In this document: positions 61,949-64,000 of the stretch, in pieces
How the letters are laid out: every line of letters starts with the position of its first letter
Position numbering within the stretch: the stretch's first letter is position 1
NCBI GenBank assembly: GCA_963708185.1
Contig: OY970195.1
Location: 1,280,001 to 1,344,000 of the forward strand
Direction of reading: 5' to 3'
Length of the DNA: 64,000 nt
Origin: Candidatus Peregrinibacteria bacterium
GTDB lineage: Bacteria > Patescibacteriota > Gracilibacteria > UBA1369
The notes under the pieces: generated by a model
What the model was told of the DNA's origin: nothing
Database searches by the model: none
The model's input: the letters and a program-made list of their open reading frames with translations, nothing else
Position numbers and translations under genes: made by a program

Positions 61949-63076
61949 ATGAAGGGAATCGCCGTCCGTTTTAGAAACGCATGCATTGGATTTGTTTATC
62001 GTTGGCTTCTCAAGCCGATATTTTTCAAGATAGATCCTGAAAAAATTCACGACGGGATGGTCATGAAAGGAATTTTTTTGGGAAAGTTCCGGTTCACCCG
62101 CGCATTGACGCGTTTCTTTTTCGGTTACTCCAGCCCCGTCTTGCGACAGCATATTCTCGGCATCGATTTTCCGAATCCCATCGGTCTCGCAGCGGGCTTC
62201 GACAAGAACGCCCAACTGACGAGCATCATGCCGGAAGTGGGATTCGGTTTCGAGGAGGTGGGCTCCATTACCGGCGAGCCCTGCGAAGGAAATCCCAAGC
62301 CCCGTTTATGGAGACTTCCCAAATCGCGGTCGCTGGTCGTCAATTACGGTCTCAAAAATGACGGCTGCGAAGTGATTTCACGCAGGCTCTCCCACGAGAA
62401 ATTCGTTTTTCCGGTGGGAATAAGCGTTGCCAAAACAAACTCCCCGGATACCTGCGAGACCCAGGAAGGCATTGACGACTATGTCAAAGCTTTCAACCAT
62501 TTTACCCATATCGGCGCCTATTTTACGGTCAACATCAGCTGTCCGAATGCGTATGGCGGACAGCCTTTCACCGATCCGCCGAAACTGGAGAAACTTTTGG
62601 AGGCTCTCGACAGGATTCCGACGCACAAACCGGTTTTTTTAAAGGTTTCGCCCGACATCACGGTCAACAATCTCCATGATGTTCTTGCCATCGCCGGAAA
62701 GCACCGGGTCCGGGGTTTTATCTGCACCAATCTTACGAAGAACCGGCATAACAAGAAAATTTTTGATCCGCATGTCCCGGAAAAAGGCGGGTTGAGCGGG
62801 AAAGTGGTCGAAGATCTCTCCAACGAGATGATCGCGGAAATTTACAGAAAAACCGGAGGCAAGTATGTGATCATGGGTTGCGGAGGCGTGTTTACCGCAG
62901 AGGACGCATACAGGAAAATCCGGCTCGGGGCTTCACTTATCCAGATGATTACCGGTATGATCTACCAGGGTCCCCAGGCGGTCAGCGCCATCAACGCGGG
63001 CCTCTCAAATCTCCTCAAACGTGACGGTTTTTCCAACGTTCACGATGCCGTGGGAGTAGATGTCCGTCTTGCATGA
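61949..63076 (+). CDS. pyrD: Quinone-dependent (class 2) dihydroorotate dehydrogenase
   Basis: DPEKIHD, NPIGLAAGFDKNA, GNPKPRLWRL, NISCPN, KVSPD, GGLSG, GASLIQ. Confidence 0.92.
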   Translation: MKGIAVRFRNACIGFVYRWLLKPIFFKIDPEKIHDGMVMKGIFLGKFRFTRALTRFFFGYSSPVLRQHILGIDFPNPIGLAAGFDKNAQLTSIMPEVGFGFEEVGSITGEPCEGNPKPRLWRLPKSRSLVVNYGLKNDGCEVISRRLSHEKFVFPVGISVAKTNSPDTCETQEGIDDYVKAFNHFTHIGAYFTVNISCPNAYGGQPFTDPPKLEKLLEALDRIPTHKPVFLKVSPDITVNNLHDVLAIAGKHRVRGFICTNLTKNRHNKKIFDPHVPEKGGLSGKVVEDLSNEMIAEIYRKTGGKYVIMGCGGVFTAEDAYRKIRLGASLIQMITGMIYQGPQAVSAINAGLSNLLKRDGFSNVHDAVGVDVRLA

Positions 63077-63489
63077 GAAATTTTTTACACAATTTGTTTC
63101 TGCGGAAGAACGATAATCCGTGGGTCCAGTACATAAGGTATTTCTTGTCGGGAGGAACGGCTTTTGCCGTCTATTTCGTGCTGCTTTTCGTCTTTACGGA
63201 GTACGGGAACATCTATCATCTTACTTCCCTGGTCATTGCTTACGTCATTTCCATCGCCGTGAACTTCACCATCAGCAAGTATTACGTTTTTTCGAACCAT
63301 CATCAGAAGATGAAGCGTCAGTTCGCGAAATTTTTTTCCGTCGCGCTTATCGGTCTCGCCTTGCAGTATGCGGTCGTGTTTTTGCTGGCGGAGTCCTGGT
63401 CCCTTCAGTATCTGATCGCAAATGTGGTTGCTTCGGCGCTTGTCTCCGTCGTAAGCTTTAGTCTGAACCGACTTTTTACTTTTTACTGA
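63073..63489 (+). CDS. GtrA family flippase-like protein
   Basis: QYIRYFLSGG...NF...YVF; 4 TM segments. Confidence 0.85.
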   Translation: MRNFLHNLFLRKNDNPWVQYIRYFLSGGTAFAVYFVLLFVFTEYGNIYHLTSLVIAYVISIAVNFTISKYYVFSNHHQKMKRQFAKFFSVALIGLALQYAVVFLLAESWSLQYLIANVVASALVSVVSFSLNRLFTFY

Positions 63490-63493
63490 GGTT

Positions 63494-64000
63494 ATGGACC
63501 ACCCGGAGTTTTCGATTGTCATACCGTGCCTGAACGAAGCCAAAACCCTGCCGATCGTCGTGGAGAAAGCTTTGCTGTCTTTCAAGAGGCTTGGAATCCA
63601 CGGGGAGGTCGTGGTTGCCGATAACGGATCGACGGACGGTTCCGTTGCCGTTGCCGGACGTCATGGGGCGCGGGTCGTCCACTGTCCGCAAAAAGGCTAC
63701 GGGAACGCTCTTATCGCCGGGTTTTCTGCGGCCAAGGGAAAGTACCTGATCATGGGTGACGCCGACGATTCCTATAACTTCGAGGAGATCGACGGTTTTG
63801 TTTCGTCTCTTCGCGAAGGATACGATCTTGTCATGGGCTCGCGTTTCAAAGGACATATCCAGGAGGGAGCCATGCCGTTCCTGCACCGCTATCTGGGGAC
63901 GCCGGTGCTGACTTTTTTGCTGAATCTTTTTTTCGGGACGAAAATTTCCGACTGCAACTGCGGAATGCGAGGCCTGAGCAAGGAAGCATTTGAAAAACTC
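63494..64000 (+). CDS. Glycosyltransferase family 2 (DPM-synthase-like), 3'-truncated by window edge
   Basis: Manual translation: MDHPEFSIVIPCLNEA...VVVADNGSTDGS...GYGNAL...MGDADDSY...DLVMGSRF. Confidence 0.9.
   Translation, partial: MDHPEFSIVIPCLNEAKTLPIVVEKALLSFKRLGIHGEVVVADNGSTDGSVAVAGRHGARVVHCPQKGYGNALIAGFSAAKGKYLIMGDADDSYNFEEIDGFVSSLREGYDLVMGSRFKGHIQEGAMPFLHRYLGTPVLTFLLNLFFGTKISDCNCGMRGLSKEAFEKL

Noticed and set aside
1-64000. Alternative genetic code (TGA = Gly, as in Gracilibacteria/Absconditabacteria)
   Set aside because: Conserved genes and an 18-kb ORF are intact in code 11, and several genes end at TGA at the expected position (e.g. pyrD, gtrA).

Overview
Gene-dense chromosomal window, standard genetic code (TGA is used as a stop), most consistent with a Patescibacteria/CPR bacterium, probably Peregrinibacteria-like (inferred from gene families and SD-less, A/T-rich start regions). 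Housekeeping content: pheS/pheT, asnS, topA, HU, smpB, rpmB, rpmG, maf, nadE/nadM, PMM/PGM, PBP1A, pyrD, dsbA/dsbB and three tRNAs (Ser-CGA, Ser-GGA, Thr-GGT). There is also a probable 6S RNA and a 50-aa zinc-ribbon gene missed by the ORF track. Accessory content is dominated by surface proteins, including an 18.2-kb gene encoding a 6068-aa multi-propeller/Ig adhesin-like protein. Main leads: (1) that giant protein and a 1114-aa RCC1/TolB-propeller protein share a WxL-like C-terminal domain, suggesting a common display or assembly system; (2) a two-gene cohesin-dockerin module in which one secreted protein has both modules and the next is a membrane-anchored cohesin-like protein; (3) an orphan gene with a diversity-generating-retroelement variable-region signature; (4) a ~75-bp repeat element inserted in frame in phosphomannomutase, with a second intergenic copy; (5) an ApbE plus RnfD/NqrB-FNR fusion electron-transfer module. 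All assignments are from motif recognition by eye; no searches were run.
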